Assembly: GCA_001783145.1 (NCBI GenBank)
Contig: MFQT01000010.1
Span: 1-47,449, forward strand
Origin: Candidatus Magasanikbacteria bacterium RIFOXYB2_FULL_38_10
GTDB lineage: Bacteria; Patescibacteriota; Patescibacteriia; Magasanikbacterales; UBA10003
Reading direction: 5' to 3'
DNA: 47,449 bases
In this document: positions 9,224 through 18,349 of the stretch, piece after piece
Numbering within the stretch: the stretch's first letter is position 1
How the letters are laid out: each line of letters starts with the position of its first letter
Notes under the pieces: generated by a model
Database searches by the model: none
Told to the model about the DNA's origin: nothing
Seen by the model: the letters and a program-made list of their open reading frames with translations, nothing else
Position numbers and translations under genes: made by a program

Positions 9224-10696
9224 TTATTTCTTTTTGGCAACGTAGAAACCTAAATACTTGCCAAACATCAGTCTGGTTTGAGCATCAATGGCAGGGACAG
9301 AACCAAAAATAATTAAGGTGACGGGCAAAAGAATCCACTGCAGAATCATTATTAAATATCCCCAGTGTTTACGCCTTGTCGGCGGGGGTAAAAGAAAGAG
9401 ACTGAAAATTGAAGAAAAAACAATACCGGCCATTGATAGATTCATTAAATTTTCTAAAGTGAAAGGTGTGTTTTGATAAATGGCCATACTGCGCACGGCT
9501 TCTGGAGCAAAATAAAGAGGCAGGCGACCACAAATGAAAATTAAAATTGGCACACTGGCCCAAGAATACATCCCCTCTCCCAAATTAAATAGATACTTAA
9601 TTTTTTTACCCCAAGAAATATGCCTGTGTTTTTTAAAATGCCAAACCATAAAAGGAAAATGCTCCACACCCCAAGCCCAGCGGCGCTGTTGTTTATAAAG
9701 ATTTTTTACACTGTCCCAAAAATTTTCTCCTTTAGCCGTGTACATGGAAACCGGTAAATACATAGGCACCACGCGGTAATCCCCACCATAACGTAAAAAG
9801 CATTGTAAAAAAATACGCGAATCTTCTGTGACGATATTTTTTTGCCAAAAACCCACATCAACCAAGGCCTGCCAAGACATACTATGTGAAGAAAAAGTAA
9901 AAAGCCGATCCGGCCTCTCTAATTCTGTCATAATCCAAAAAGTGGTACCAAAAGCAGTCACTCTAAGCAAGGGATTACTTTCCCAAATATTATTATTGTA
10001 TAGGGCCACCGGCTGATAAGAAGCTCTCAGGGGATTTTCCACCGTGGAATATAAATAAGAAAGATGGGCAAAATAATTTTTGTGAACTCTAGTGTCTATA
10101 TCAAAACTGGAAACAACAATATCTTCGTAAGGAATTTGCCATCCATCAATCATTTGTTGCACCAGATGACCGGCATAATTTAAATTAGATCCCTTGCCGG
10201 GAATTTCTCCGGGCATATCAACCGGATGAACAGTGACAATAAACTTTTTGAAAAAACTGCCATAAATTTTTTCCAACTCAAAGGCATTTTTTTCAAATTG
10301 TGCCTTATCCCTGGCTTCTCCGCACAAAACAATAATTATTTTGTTCAAAGGATAGTTAACCTGGGTTAAATTTTTTAAAGTTGCATCTATAATTTCAAAA
10401 GATTCTTCATAAGTGGGCAAGAAAACCAAATGAACTAATTTTTGCCAACCAGGAACTTCGTCCTCCAATTTTTTTTGCCAATCAATTTTTAAAGTTCGGC
10501 GCATTCTAAAGCCGGAGAGAAAAAGGTAAAAAATAAAATAACTAACTCTTAAAAACCAATACAAATCAAAAACGATAATAAAATAAATCAACCACAGAGG
10601 TTTAACAAAAGATAAAATAACGGACAAAATTAAGGTTGTCCAAACAAGAAACCCCGGGATAATTTCTAAGATTCTATATTTAAAATAATCTGACAT
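9224..10696 (-). CDS. integral-membrane processive GT2 glycosyltransferase (cellulose/chitin/PNAG-synthase-like)
   Basis: 490 aa; multiple TM helices at both ends; cytoplasmic GT-A core with D-x-D (FDIDTRV) and Q-x-x-R-W (QQRRWAWG) motifs. Confidence 0.8.
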   Translation of the reverse strand: MSDYFKYRILEIIPGFLVWTTLILSVILSFVKPLWLIYFIIVFDLYWFLRVSYFIFYLFLSGFRMRRTLKIDWQKKLEDEVPGWQKLVHLVFLPTYEESFEIIDATLKNLTQVNYPLNKIIIVLCGEARDKAQFEKNAFELEKIYGSFFKKFIVTVHPVDMPGEIPGKGSNLNYAGHLVQQMIDGWQIPYEDIVVSSFDIDTRVHKNYFAHLSYLYSTVENPLRASYQPVALYNNNIWESNPLLRVTAFGTTFWIMTELERPDRLFTFSSHSMSWQALVDVGFWQKNIVTEDSRIFLQCFLRYGGDYRVVPMYLPVSMYTAKGENFWDSVKNLYKQQRRWAWGVEHFPFMVWHFKKHRHISWGKKIKYLFNLGEGMYSWASVPILIFICGRLPLYFAPEAVRSMAIYQNTPFTLENLMNLSMAGIVFSSIFSLFLLPPPTRRKHWGYLIMILQWILLPVTLIIFGSVPAIDAQTRLMFGKYLGFYVAKKK

Positions 10697-10699
10697 AAA

Positions 10700-11107
10700 T
10701 TAATTTTTTTGACGCGGCAAGGTAATATTAGGCTCTCCGCCGTAAAGCGGCTTAATAAAAGATGCGGGGTGATTAAATTTTTTTTCTATTTCTAAAATTA
10801 ATTTTTCATTAGTGGAATTTTTTTTTATATCCAAACCGATAACCTTAATTTTTTTTGCCAAGACTAAAATGTTTAAAACAGCCACGGCCTGGCGTACTCC
10901 GGAAAAGCTCCCTTCTCCCTCCAACAAAACCAATCCTTTAATTTTATTCCAAGAGAGATTGTTTTCTTTTAGGAAACTATCCAAAAAAAATAAAAGGTTT
11001 AAGCGCCTTCCTTTTTTATTTTTTTCTTTTATTACTTTTTTATCCCGCAAAAGTTTAAGGGTCAGCACGCCCAACTTGGTGACATCAATTAAAACAATGG
11101 AAGGCAT
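10700..11107 (-). CDS. tsaB: TsaB/YeaZ-like protein (truncated Kae1-paralogue, t6A biosynthesis)
   Basis: 135 aa; IVLIDVTK...GEGSFSGVRQAVAVLNILVLAKKIKVIG matches the TsaB N-terminal domain. Confidence 0.65.
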   Translation of the reverse strand: MPSIVLIDVTKLGVLTLKLLRDKKVIKEKNKKGRRLNLLFFLDSFLKENNLSWNKIKGLVLLEGEGSFSGVRQAVAVLNILVLAKKIKVIGLDIKKNSTNEKLILEIEKKFNHPASFIKPLYGGEPNITLPRQKN

Positions 11108-11109
11108 AA

Positions 11110-11715
11110 TTAAAAAAGACTTTTGGGAACTTTAATTTTATCAATCAAAATCAAGTGTTTATCGCTTAGAACGTCGGACAAAAATTTATCGGCCACATCA
11201 CGGCGAAAAATAAATTCTTTTGTTTTCATCAAAGTGTAGCGTAATTCTTCTTCTGTTTCTTTTTCAAAATTTTTAATTGTCTTTTCCGCCTCTTTGGGTA
11301 AAATTGTGCCCACCAGCAAAATATCCACCGAGGATCCCTTATTTTCCACAAAATGGCCGCTTAAAAGCAAAAATTCTATTCCGCTTAAATTTTTTAAAGA
11401 GGAAATAAAATTTTGTTCTTTAGAAAACCTATCCTTAATTAAAAGATTTTCCAATTCCTTATTTAAGTGACCCCCGGTGTTTAATTTGTAATATTTTCTT
11501 TTTTCTGCCCCCGGAGACTTATCCAGGGAATCCTTTTTGTCGCTATCCATCACCACTTGCAAGGCGGATAAATTACCTAATTCGCGCCTGATGGCATTAA
11601 TAGGCAGGCCTAACTTCCGAGAAAGTTCCCTAACAAAAAAATCCTTGTCCGGATTAGCCAAAAAAAACTTTAAAACTTTAAGTCTGGTTTTTGAACCAAA
11701 AAGATGTTCAAGCAT
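11110..11715 (-). CDS. winged-HTH transcriptional regulator with a C-terminal nucleotidyltransferase-like domain
   Basis: 201 aa; N-terminal wHTH (FFVRELSRKLGLPINAIRRELGNL). Confidence 0.5.
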   Translation of the reverse strand: MLEHLFGSKTRLKVLKFFLANPDKDFFVRELSRKLGLPINAIRRELGNLSALQVVMDSDKKDSLDKSPGAEKRKYYKLNTGGHLNKELENLLIKDRFSKEQNFISSLKNLSGIEFLLLSGHFVENKGSSVDILLVGTILPKEAEKTIKNFEKETEEELRYTLMKTKEFIFRRDVADKFLSDVLSDKHLILIDKIKVPKSLF

Positions 11716-11824
11716 GTTTGGTTAAATTAAAAGCACTTTTCTTGTGCCTTGACTTTAAATTTAGTATAATACAAAAAGATTTAAACAGCAAGACAGCTTA
11801 TTTATTTTTCTAGATTGTCCCCAT

Positions 11825-14047
11825 ATGCTGGACAAGCCGGAATTGAATACTTTTTTAATTCAACCACCCGCCAGAGACAGATCACAGATAATCATTTTTT
11901 TAGGTCCGGCAATTCACGGCGGAGCCAATAAGGAAAGAATTTTCATTCTAGGAGAAATCTTGTCCTCAAATTTGGATTTAAAAAATAAAATCCAAATTTT
12001 TATTAATCAACTGGCTAAAAAATACCAAGAATTGGAAAGGGAATCTCCTTTAATTGCTTTTGAAAACACCCTGGAATGGGGCAATAATTTTTTGCGAGAA
12101 AATTTTGACAGTCAACAATTATCCACTATCAGTATTCTTTTTGGATCATTGCGCAATGAACAAATGCAATTTGCCGTAGGAGGAAGAATCGGCGCCCACA
12201 TTTTTTATAAAGAAAACGACGAATATAAAAACATTGATCTGATTAAAAATTATTCTGTGGAAAACGAGGGAAACGTTTTTTTTCCCAATCTTGTCTCCGG
12301 AACCATTCATCATAATAATTTTACTTTATTTGCCACCCCAACGACTTTTAATTATTTAACCACAGATCGTTTACAAAAAATAATTACTGGCAATAAATTA
12401 GAAGATATTTGTCCGCGTTTGGAAACTCTGCTTAATGAAATTGAAAATCACGCTGCTTTTGGAGGAATTTTATTGGCTTGGCCGGAAAACAATGAAACAA
12501 TAGAAAGACCGTCTGCTTTTAAACTAACCCCCAATGAATCTGTCCGCCAACTAATGACAAAACAAAAAGAAACAGCACAGATTATGTCTCCAGCTCTTTT
12601 CAATAGCATCAAAAAATATTTGCGTGAAAGAAAAAACAAAAATTCAGGGACAGCTAAAAAAGAAGACACAGAAACAATTAAAAAAATCACCAAAATTTAT
12701 ACCCGGTTAACTGGCTGGCAAGGAAAGTTAAGAAATTTAGTGCAAAAAATCTTAACAATTTTGGGCCAAACAATTTATAAATTTTACTTAGCTTTTAAAA
12801 AAACAATCATTTTTCTATTAAAAATAGAGTGGCGAACACCAAACAAAGCCAAGGAAACTTTGAATCTGGGAATAAAACAAACTGCGGCCCAAATTAAAAT
12901 TCCTTTTATTTATTTAGTTAAAAAGTATTTAGCCATCGAAATTAAAAAAAGAATTTTGTGGACTCTTTGCGTGATAGCTTTGATAGCTGTTATTATTAAC
13001 CTTTCTTTCAACTATCACCGCCAAAAAACAGTGCAGGAGACAGCCTCCTACATGCAAATAGTCACTTCTATAAAAGAAAAAATAGATGAAGCGGACTCTA
13101 ATCTTATCTATAAAAATGAAGATCGGGCGCAAGAATTATCCAAAGAGGCCAAAGAGCTACTGACACAGCTTCCTGCGGTAACAAATAACCAAAGAAAAAC
13201 TTATTCCGATCTTTCTAACGATCTTAAACAAATCATCTACAAAATGCAAAAAATTCAAACCGTTGTTCCACAAGATGAGCTGAATTTAAAAGCCCTTAAA
13301 ATGGAAAAAGGTCCCGAGGCTTTCTTTAAAACTTCCACTGGATTTATTTTTTTAGCGGTTAATTCCCCCACACTTTACATTTACAATTCCGCCACACAAA
13401 AAACCAAAAAAATAATCAATGATAAATTATCCGATTTAATTTATGCAGGCGTGCAAAAAGATAATTCCATTCTTTTAGTTTTGAAAAATAATGAAATCAT
13501 TCAATTTGACCCCGATAATGAAACTTTTTCCTCCAGCCAAATTGTTTTACCCAACCAAAGTAATCAAATATCTTTAGCCGCCACCTATAATGCCAAGCTC
13601 TACTCTTTAGACATTCAAAACAATCAAATTTTTAAGCATCTGCCTTCTACCACCGGTTTTGGCAAAGGGGAAGAATGGCTTAAAAAACAAACCAAAGTGG
13701 ATTTCACCGGCGCCACTTCGCTAATGATTGACGGTAATATTTATTTATCAAAAAATAACGGTCAAATATACAAATTAGAAAATGGGGTATTACAATCATT
13801 TGATTTAAATTTGCTGGATCCGGTTTTATCTACCGCCACAAAAATTTATACTAAAAACGGTTCAGATAATTTTTTTGTCTTGGATCAAGATAAAAAAAGA
13901 GTAATTATTTGGAATAAAATAACCAATAAATTATTTTCTCAATTAACGGCTGCCGAATGGGACGATCTTAAAGACTTTTCCGTTGATGAAAAACAAAAAA
14001 AAATTTACCTTTTAAACCACGATAAAATATACAGCGCTAAATATTAA
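11825..14047 (+). CDS. large hypothetical membrane protein (single central TM helix, cytoplasmic N-domain, extracytoplasmic C-domain)
   Basis: 740 aa, low GC, native codon usage; TM at LWTLCVIALIAVIINLSF; no confident family assignment. Confidence 0.6.
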   Translation: MLDKPELNTFLIQPPARDRSQIIIFLGPAIHGGANKERIFILGEILSSNLDLKNKIQIFINQLAKKYQELERESPLIAFENTLEWGNNFLRENFDSQQLSTISILFGSLRNEQMQFAVGGRIGAHIFYKENDEYKNIDLIKNYSVENEGNVFFPNLVSGTIHHNNFTLFATPTTFNYLTTDRLQKIITGNKLEDICPRLETLLNEIENHAAFGGILLAWPENNETIERPSAFKLTPNESVRQLMTKQKETAQIMSPALFNSIKKYLRERKNKNSGTAKKEDTETIKKITKIYTRLTGWQGKLRNLVQKILTILGQTIYKFYLAFKKTIIFLLKIEWRTPNKAKETLNLGIKQTAAQIKIPFIYLVKKYLAIEIKKRILWTLCVIALIAVIINLSFNYHRQKTVQETASYMQIVTSIKEKIDEADSNLIYKNEDRAQELSKEAKELLTQLPAVTNNQRKTYSDLSNDLKQIIYKMQKIQTVVPQDELNLKALKMEKGPEAFFKTSTGFIFLAVNSPTLYIYNSATQKTKKIINDKLSDLIYAGVQKDNSILLVLKNNEIIQFDPDNETFSSSQIVLPNQSNQISLAATYNAKLYSLDIQNNQIFKHLPSTTGFGKGEEWLKKQTKVDFTGATSLMIDGNIYLSKNNGQIYKLENGVLQSFDLNLLDPVLSTATKIYTKNGSDNFFVLDQDKKRVIIWNKITNKLFSQLTAAEWDDLKDFSVDEKQKKIYLLNHDKIYSAKY

Positions 14048-14052
14048 AAAAA

Positions 14053-14077
14053 TCTCCGTTGAAACGGAGATTTTTTT
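14053..14077. terminator. bidirectional rho-independent terminator between convergent genes
   Basis: tctccg-ttgaaa-cggaga hairpin followed by TTTTTTT and preceded by AAAAAAA. Confidence 0.8.
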
Positions 14078-14086
14078 AAAACCAAT

Positions 14087-14488
14087 TTATTTTAAGGCAA
14101 CTTTTCCGCCGGCTTCTTCAACTTTCTTTTTGATGGATTCGGCAGTGGCTTTATCAGCGCCTTCTTTTACCATTTTAGGAGCACCATCAACCAAAGCCTT
14201 AGCATCGGCAAGTCCCAACCCGGTAACTTCACGCACAACTTTAATCACATTGATTTTGTTGGCGCCGGCTTCTAATAATTCCACATTAAAAGAAGTCTTT
14301 TCTTCTTCGGCAGGAGCGGCAGTGACGGCACCAACGGCCATAGCCATAACTGGAGCGGCGGCGGAAACACCAAACTTTTCCTCCAAGACTTTAACCAATT
14401 CGGCTAAGTCTAAAACCGACAATTTCTCAATTTGTTCAACGAGAGTTTTAAATTTCTCGGGAACAACTACATTTTTTTCTTCACTCAT
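14087..14488 (-). CDS. rplL: 50S ribosomal protein L7/L12
   Basis: 133 aa; Ala-rich hinge and conserved C-terminal domain ([30 protein letters not shown]). Confidence 0.95.
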   Translation of the reverse strand: MSEEKNVVVPEKFKTLVEQIEKLSVLDLAELVKVLEEKFGVSAAAPVMAMAVGAVTAAPAEEEKTSFNVELLEAGANKINVIKVVREVTGLGLADAKALVDGAPKMVKEGADKATAESIKKKVEEAGGKVALK

Positions 14489-14500
14489 AGTTGTATTAAA

Positions 14501-15043
14501 TTAAGCTGTTACTTTTTTATCTTTATAAGCGTTAAAAACTTGTACAAGTCCGCGTAAATTTCCGGCCAAGACATTTACAAAACCGGAGATTGGGGCTTGG
14601 ATAGAACCAACCAATTTGGCCAAAAGTTCTTCGCGAGAAGGCAAGGTGGACAAAACTTTTACTTCGTTGGCGGAAATAAAAGAATTCTGCCAAAGGCCTC
14701 CTAAAAGCGCCATTTTGTCATTGGTCTTAGAAAACTTGGTAATTATTTTTACCGCATCTAATTTATCACCAAAGTCAAAATTTAAACCAATAATGTGGCC
14801 CGGTAAAGTTTTAGCGTCATAATTGATACCGGCTTCTTTAAAAGCCAAATTCATTAAGGTTTTTTTAATAACAGCGCATTCAGAATTATTTTTGGATAAT
14901 TCACGTCTTAAATTGGTAATGTCCTTAACTTTTAAACCTTTGAAGTCAGTCAAAATAACCATCTTGGATTCTTTTAAAGCCTCCACTAAGGTTTTAATTA
15001 CCGACTCTTTTTGATTTCTACTCTTAGGCATAATTGTAAACAA
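14501..15043 (-). CDS. rplJ: 50S ribosomal protein L10
   Basis: 180 aa; L10 family; immediately upstream of rplL. Confidence 0.9.
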   Translation of the reverse strand: MFTIMPKSRNQKESVIKTLVEALKESKMVILTDFKGLKVKDITNLRRELSKNNSECAVIKKTLMNLAFKEAGINYDAKTLPGHIIGLNFDFGDKLDAVKIITKFSKTNDKMALLGGLWQNSFISANEVKVLSTLPSREELLAKLVGSIQAPISGFVNVLAGNLRGLVQVFNAYKDKKVTA

Positions 15044-15199
15044 AAAATCTGTGTTCTGCCACAGACTTGAAAACGGGTTTGCTTCGACCTATTTTGCCTT
15101 ATTTAAGACAAAATTAGCTCACCTCGGCAGGAAATTAAAGCCTTAAGGGCTACCTGCTATCTATGGTTAAAGATATTATAGATGAGAATATAAAAAATG
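15044..15199 (-). promoter_or_regulatory. putative L10(L12)4 autoregulatory leader of the rplJL operon
   Basis: 156-nt structured untranslated leader between pyrH and rplJ; hairpins tctgtg-ttctgc-cacaga and gcagg...cctgc; position matches the ribosomal L10 leader of other bacteria. Confidence 0.4.
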
Positions 15200-15928
15200 T
15201 CAAGTAATAATTGTGCCCTTAAAAGGCTTATTCAAAATGGCTTTGACCACTTCTTTTAAATTTAAACCATTCATTACAACTACCTTGGCGCCTATTTTTT
15301 GCGCCTCGCGACTGGCGACCGGATCAAAAGGCCAATTGGCCCCCGGCTCCCAAACATCACCTACTATTTTTCTATAATCGCTCCAAGATATTTTTTCAAA
15401 TTTTACGGCATCAGAAAATTTACGCGGATCTTTGTTATAAACATATTCGGTGTTGGAAAGATTAATCACGGTTTTGGCCCCATAAAGTTCCGCTAATTTT
15501 ACCGCGTCATAATCTGTAGACCAACCCGGCTTCCAACCAGCGGCAATTAAAATTTTTTCCGTCCATTTTATTTTTTTTGTCGGATCTTTAATTACAGCCG
15601 GATGTGCTACATCACGAAAAATTGTTCTCATTAAATGGGCATTCAGTCTGGTAGAGTGAATACCTATCCAATCTATATCATCTGTTTCCAAATCTCCCAA
15701 GTCATAGGCTACTTTTTGATAATTTCTGGCAGTTTGCCCACCGCCGCAAACAATTATGAACCGACATTCTTTTTTAAGAAAATCTAAAATCAATTTTTTA
15801 AAACCTTGTAAAAATTCCAAATTAAAACCCTCTTTAGGAATAATTAAAGATCCGCCTAATGATAAAACAATAATTTTTCTGGGCATAATTAGCAAGAACA
15901 CCTGCCTTTTAAACCACTCTTGCAACAA
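15200..15928 (-). CDS. pyrH: UMP kinase (amino-acid kinase fold, archaeal-like subtype)
   Basis: Alignable to PyrH along its whole length (IVLSLGGSLI, IIVCGGGQTARN, AAGWKPGWSTDYDA). The functional start is probably the internal MPRKIIVL at 15886. Confidence 0.75.
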   Translation of the reverse strand: MLQEWFKRQVFLLIMPRKIIVLSLGGSLIIPKEGFNLEFLQGFKKLILDFLKKECRFIIVCGGGQTARNYQKVAYDLGDLETDDIDWIGIHSTRLNAHLMRTIFRDVAHPAVIKDPTKKIKWTEKILIAAGWKPGWSTDYDAVKLAELYGAKTVINLSNTEYVYNKDPRKFSDAVKFEKISWSDYRKIVGDVWEPGANWPFDPVASREAQKIGAKVVVMNGLNLKEVVKAILNKPFKGTIIT

Positions 15929-16035
15929 CCGGCCTTAACATCTCTTACTTCAATAGAACGATTGGCTTGACTGCGGCTGGGAGAACGAAAAGCCACCTTG
16001 CCCGCCGTGGATTTTTTGCGTGAATAATTTTTCAT
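15889..16035 (-). CDS. small basic Ser/Arg/Lys-rich ORF (48 aa, with CC-x4-C-x-C tail) ending 3 nt before the probable pyrH start
   Basis: Manual translation MKNYSRKKSTAGKVAFRSPSRSQANRSIEVRDVKAGCCKSGLKGRCSC; below the ORF-track size cutoff; could be a small ribosomal-type protein or spurious. Confidence 0.25.
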   Translation of the reverse strand: MKNYSRKKSTAGKVAFRSPSRSQANRSIEVRDVKAGCCKSGLKGRCSC

Positions 16036-16069
16036 ACTTTTAAAAAAGAATTTTTAATTATAAAATTTT

Positions 16070-16330
16070 TTAAAACAAAGTAGCCGTATCCTCTTCGTCT
16101 TCTTCATCTCTTTCTACTGCTTCATCTTTTTCAAATTTTATTTTAATTTGTTTTACTTTATTTTCTATATTGCCCAAATATTTTTTTAATTCCTGAACTA
16201 AAATTATACCCTCTTCAAATTTTTTAACACCTTCCTCCAAATCCACATTACCCTTTTCAAACCATTCCACAGTTTTTTGCAAATCGTTATAAGCTTTAGC
16301 AAAATTTATTTTATTTGTTTTAGCAGACAT
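16070..16330 (-). CDS. xseB: exodeoxyribonuclease VII small subunit
   Basis: 86 aa; XseB-like (FEEGIILVQELKKYL), acidic tail; directly downstream of xseA. Confidence 0.85.
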   Translation of the reverse strand: MSAKTNKINFAKAYNDLQKTVEWFEKGNVDLEEGVKKFEEGIILVQELKKYLGNIENKVKQIKIKFEKDEAVERDEEDEEDTATLF

Positions 16331-16336
16331 AAAATT

Positions 16337-17518
16337 TTAATTATTAAGTTTGGTCACTTTGGCTCCCAGGTTGCCTTTTCCTAATTCTATCATAAGATTA
16401 TCCCCCAAAGCTACCTCTTTAATACTTTTAACAATTCCTTTGGGGCCATGCACGATACCATAACCTCTTTGAAGCAATCTTTTAGGATCTAAATTATTTA
16501 AAAGCCGGTCAAAAGAATTAAGATTATCAAAATAATTTTTAATCTGATAAAAAAATCCGTCAAAATTATTTTGAAATTTAATTAAAAGCTCGCGGCATTT
16601 AATAAGAGGTTCTCTAATTCCCTGTTCAATAAAAGAAAAAAGTTGATCAACCTGATGATTTAAACTTTTGATTTTAAAATTTAAAGTACTTTCCATTTGC
16701 TCGAAAGTAAAATTTAATTCCGACAAAATTTCTCCGCGACTAGGGACAACCAATTCTGCCGCATTAGACGGCGTAGAGGCCCTAACATCGGCCACATACT
16801 CTGCCAAGCACTCATCGCGTTCATGACCAATACCGCAAACCACTGGCAGACGAGTGGCGTAAACAGCACGAGCCACTTCTTCGCTATTAAAGGCAATCAA
16901 ATCTTCCATAGATCCTCCTCCACGCGTCAAAACACAAACGTCATAATCAGAAGCGTGCACATTTAACCATATAAAAGCCTGCAAAATTTCTTCCACTGCT
17001 GTTTGTCCTTGCACACTTACAGGGAGAAAATCCACCTCCACTCCACCCCAACGATTGTTTAAAATCCGTACAAAATCTGTGTAAGCAGCAGCCTCGGGCG
17101 AAGTTATCAAAGCAAGACGTTGGGGAAATCTTGGCAAAGGCCTCTTGCGGGCCTCATCAAATAATCCTTCGGTTTGCATTTTTTTCTTCAGCGCCTCATA
17201 AGCCTTTTTTAAAGTCCCTTCACCCACCAGTTCTAAGGTATTAACAGTAAAAGACATTTTGCCGGATTTGGGGTAAACCTTGGGATAACCGGTGACACGA
17301 ACTTTCATGCCATCTTCCAAAGGAACCTTTAGCGTCCAAGTTGTGGCAAAACAAGATAACAATCCGTTTTCATCTTTTATATCAAACCAAATCCATTTTT
17401 GTTGAGAAACTTTAAAACCGGTTATCTCGCCTTCTACCACAATAGTACGATAAGGATCAAGAGAAATTAAAGTATCATTAAGAAATTGTAAGTATTCGGA
17501 AACGGAAAAAATTTTCAT
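16337..17518 (-). CDS. xseA: exodeoxyribonuclease VII large subunit
   Basis: 393 aa; N-terminal OB fold, central catalytic region LITSPEAAAYTDFVRILNNRWGGVEVDFLPVSVQG and VLTRGGGSMEDL. Confidence 0.9.
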   Translation of the reverse strand: MKIFSVSEYLQFLNDTLISLDPYRTIVVEGEITGFKVSQQKWIWFDIKDENGLLSCFATTWTLKVPLEDGMKVRVTGYPKVYPKSGKMSFTVNTLELVGEGTLKKAYEALKKKMQTEGLFDEARKRPLPRFPQRLALITSPEAAAYTDFVRILNNRWGGVEVDFLPVSVQGQTAVEEILQAFIWLNVHASDYDVCVLTRGGGSMEDLIAFNSEEVARAVYATRLPVVCGIGHERDECLAEYVADVRASTPSNAAELVVPSRGEILSELNFTFEQMESTLNFKIKSLNHQVDQLFSFIEQGIREPLIKCRELLIKFQNNFDGFFYQIKNYFDNLNSFDRLLNNLDPKRLLQRGYGIVHGPKGIVKSIKEVALGDNLMIELGKGNLGAKVTKLNN

Positions 17519-17523
17519 AAAAA

Positions 17524-18261
17524 CTATCTTATAACCACTTTTGTGCCTACTTCACTAAAATTATATAAATCTTCCATATTACTATAAGCCACATTAACAC
17601 AACCATGGCTCATAGGGTGACCAAAATTATTATGCCAATAAGCTCCATGAACAAAAACACCCAGCCCTCCTTTGTAAGTAAAAAGCAAATTCCATTTGGT
17701 GTTGGGAAGATAATATCCAGGACCACTGTAATTGATTATTGGTTTTTTCTTTAAAATTTCAAATTGCCCCTTAGGAGTAGGCAGACTGGGAATGCCCGAA
17801 GAGATTAAGAACTCGTCCATTTTTTTATCCCCAAAATAATAAACCAGAGTTTGCGTTTTTAAATCAACTTCTATTTTTTTGGCAATTTTTTCTGTGCTAG
17901 AGTTTAAAGGATCAAAGCCCCTATCCACCTCTAAACCATCTGAATAACCATCACCGTCAGTATCGGCTTTTCCTAAATCACTACCCACAATTAATTCTTG
18001 GGCGTCATTTAAGCCGTCATTATCTGAATCAACTTCTTTTAATTGTTTACCGGCTACTAGCGACGAAAAACCTTTAGAAACCTCTTGATTATCTAAATAA
18101 CCGTCGCCGTCAGTATCGGCCAGCTGAGGATCAGTATGATAAATGTACATTTCATCTACATCAGAAAGACCATCCTTATCCGAATCCAAAACTTCGGCTT
18201 TAGCTGGTAAGACGATAAGAAAAAAAAAGATAAAAGATGCAAAAAATAAGCGTTTCAACAT
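17524..18261 (-). CDS. secreted L,D-transpeptidase (YkuD domain) with four N-terminal thrombospondin-type-3-like Ca-binding repeats
   Basis: Signal peptide; repeats DSDKDGLSDVDE, DTDGDGYLDNQE, DSDNDGLNDAQE, DTDGDGYSDGLE; catalytic HGAYWHNNFGHPMSHGCVNV. Confidence 0.85.
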   Translation of the reverse strand: MLKRLFFASFIFFFLIVLPAKAEVLDSDKDGLSDVDEMYIYHTDPQLADTDGDGYLDNQEVSKGFSSLVAGKQLKEVDSDNDGLNDAQELIVGSDLGKADTDGDGYSDGLEVDRGFDPLNSSTEKIAKKIEVDLKTQTLVYYFGDKKMDEFLISSGIPSLPTPKGQFEILKKKPIINYSGPGYYLPNTKWNLLFTYKGGLGVFVHGAYWHNNFGHPMSHGCVNVAYSNMEDLYNFSEVGTKVVIR

Positions 18262-18286
18262 AACTTAATACATTTTAGCACACCTC

Positions 18287-18315
18287 TTGACAAAATGCCT
18301 AAAATGTGCTATAAT
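18287..18315 (+). promoter_or_regulatory. perfect sigma-70 consensus promoter TTGACA-N17-TATAAT
   Basis: ttgaca at 18287..18292, 17-nt spacer, tataat at 18310..18315; GGAGGAG Shine-Dalgarno 8 nt before ATG 18365. Confidence 0.7.
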
Positions 18316-18349
18316 TTTAGGTTAAAAGTGGACCTTAAAATCGCCTTAA

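Noticed and set aside
11716-11824. Divergent promoter between the wHTH regulator gene and the 740-aa protein gene (TATAAT at 11765..11770)
   Set aside because: The -10 hexamer is present, but the best -35 candidates are poor (TTGTGC at 17 nt; TTGACT at only 10 nt). Too uncertain to list as a feature.
14130-14504. 124-aa plus-strand ORF over rplL
   Set aside because: Antisense to the highly conserved L7/L12 gene.
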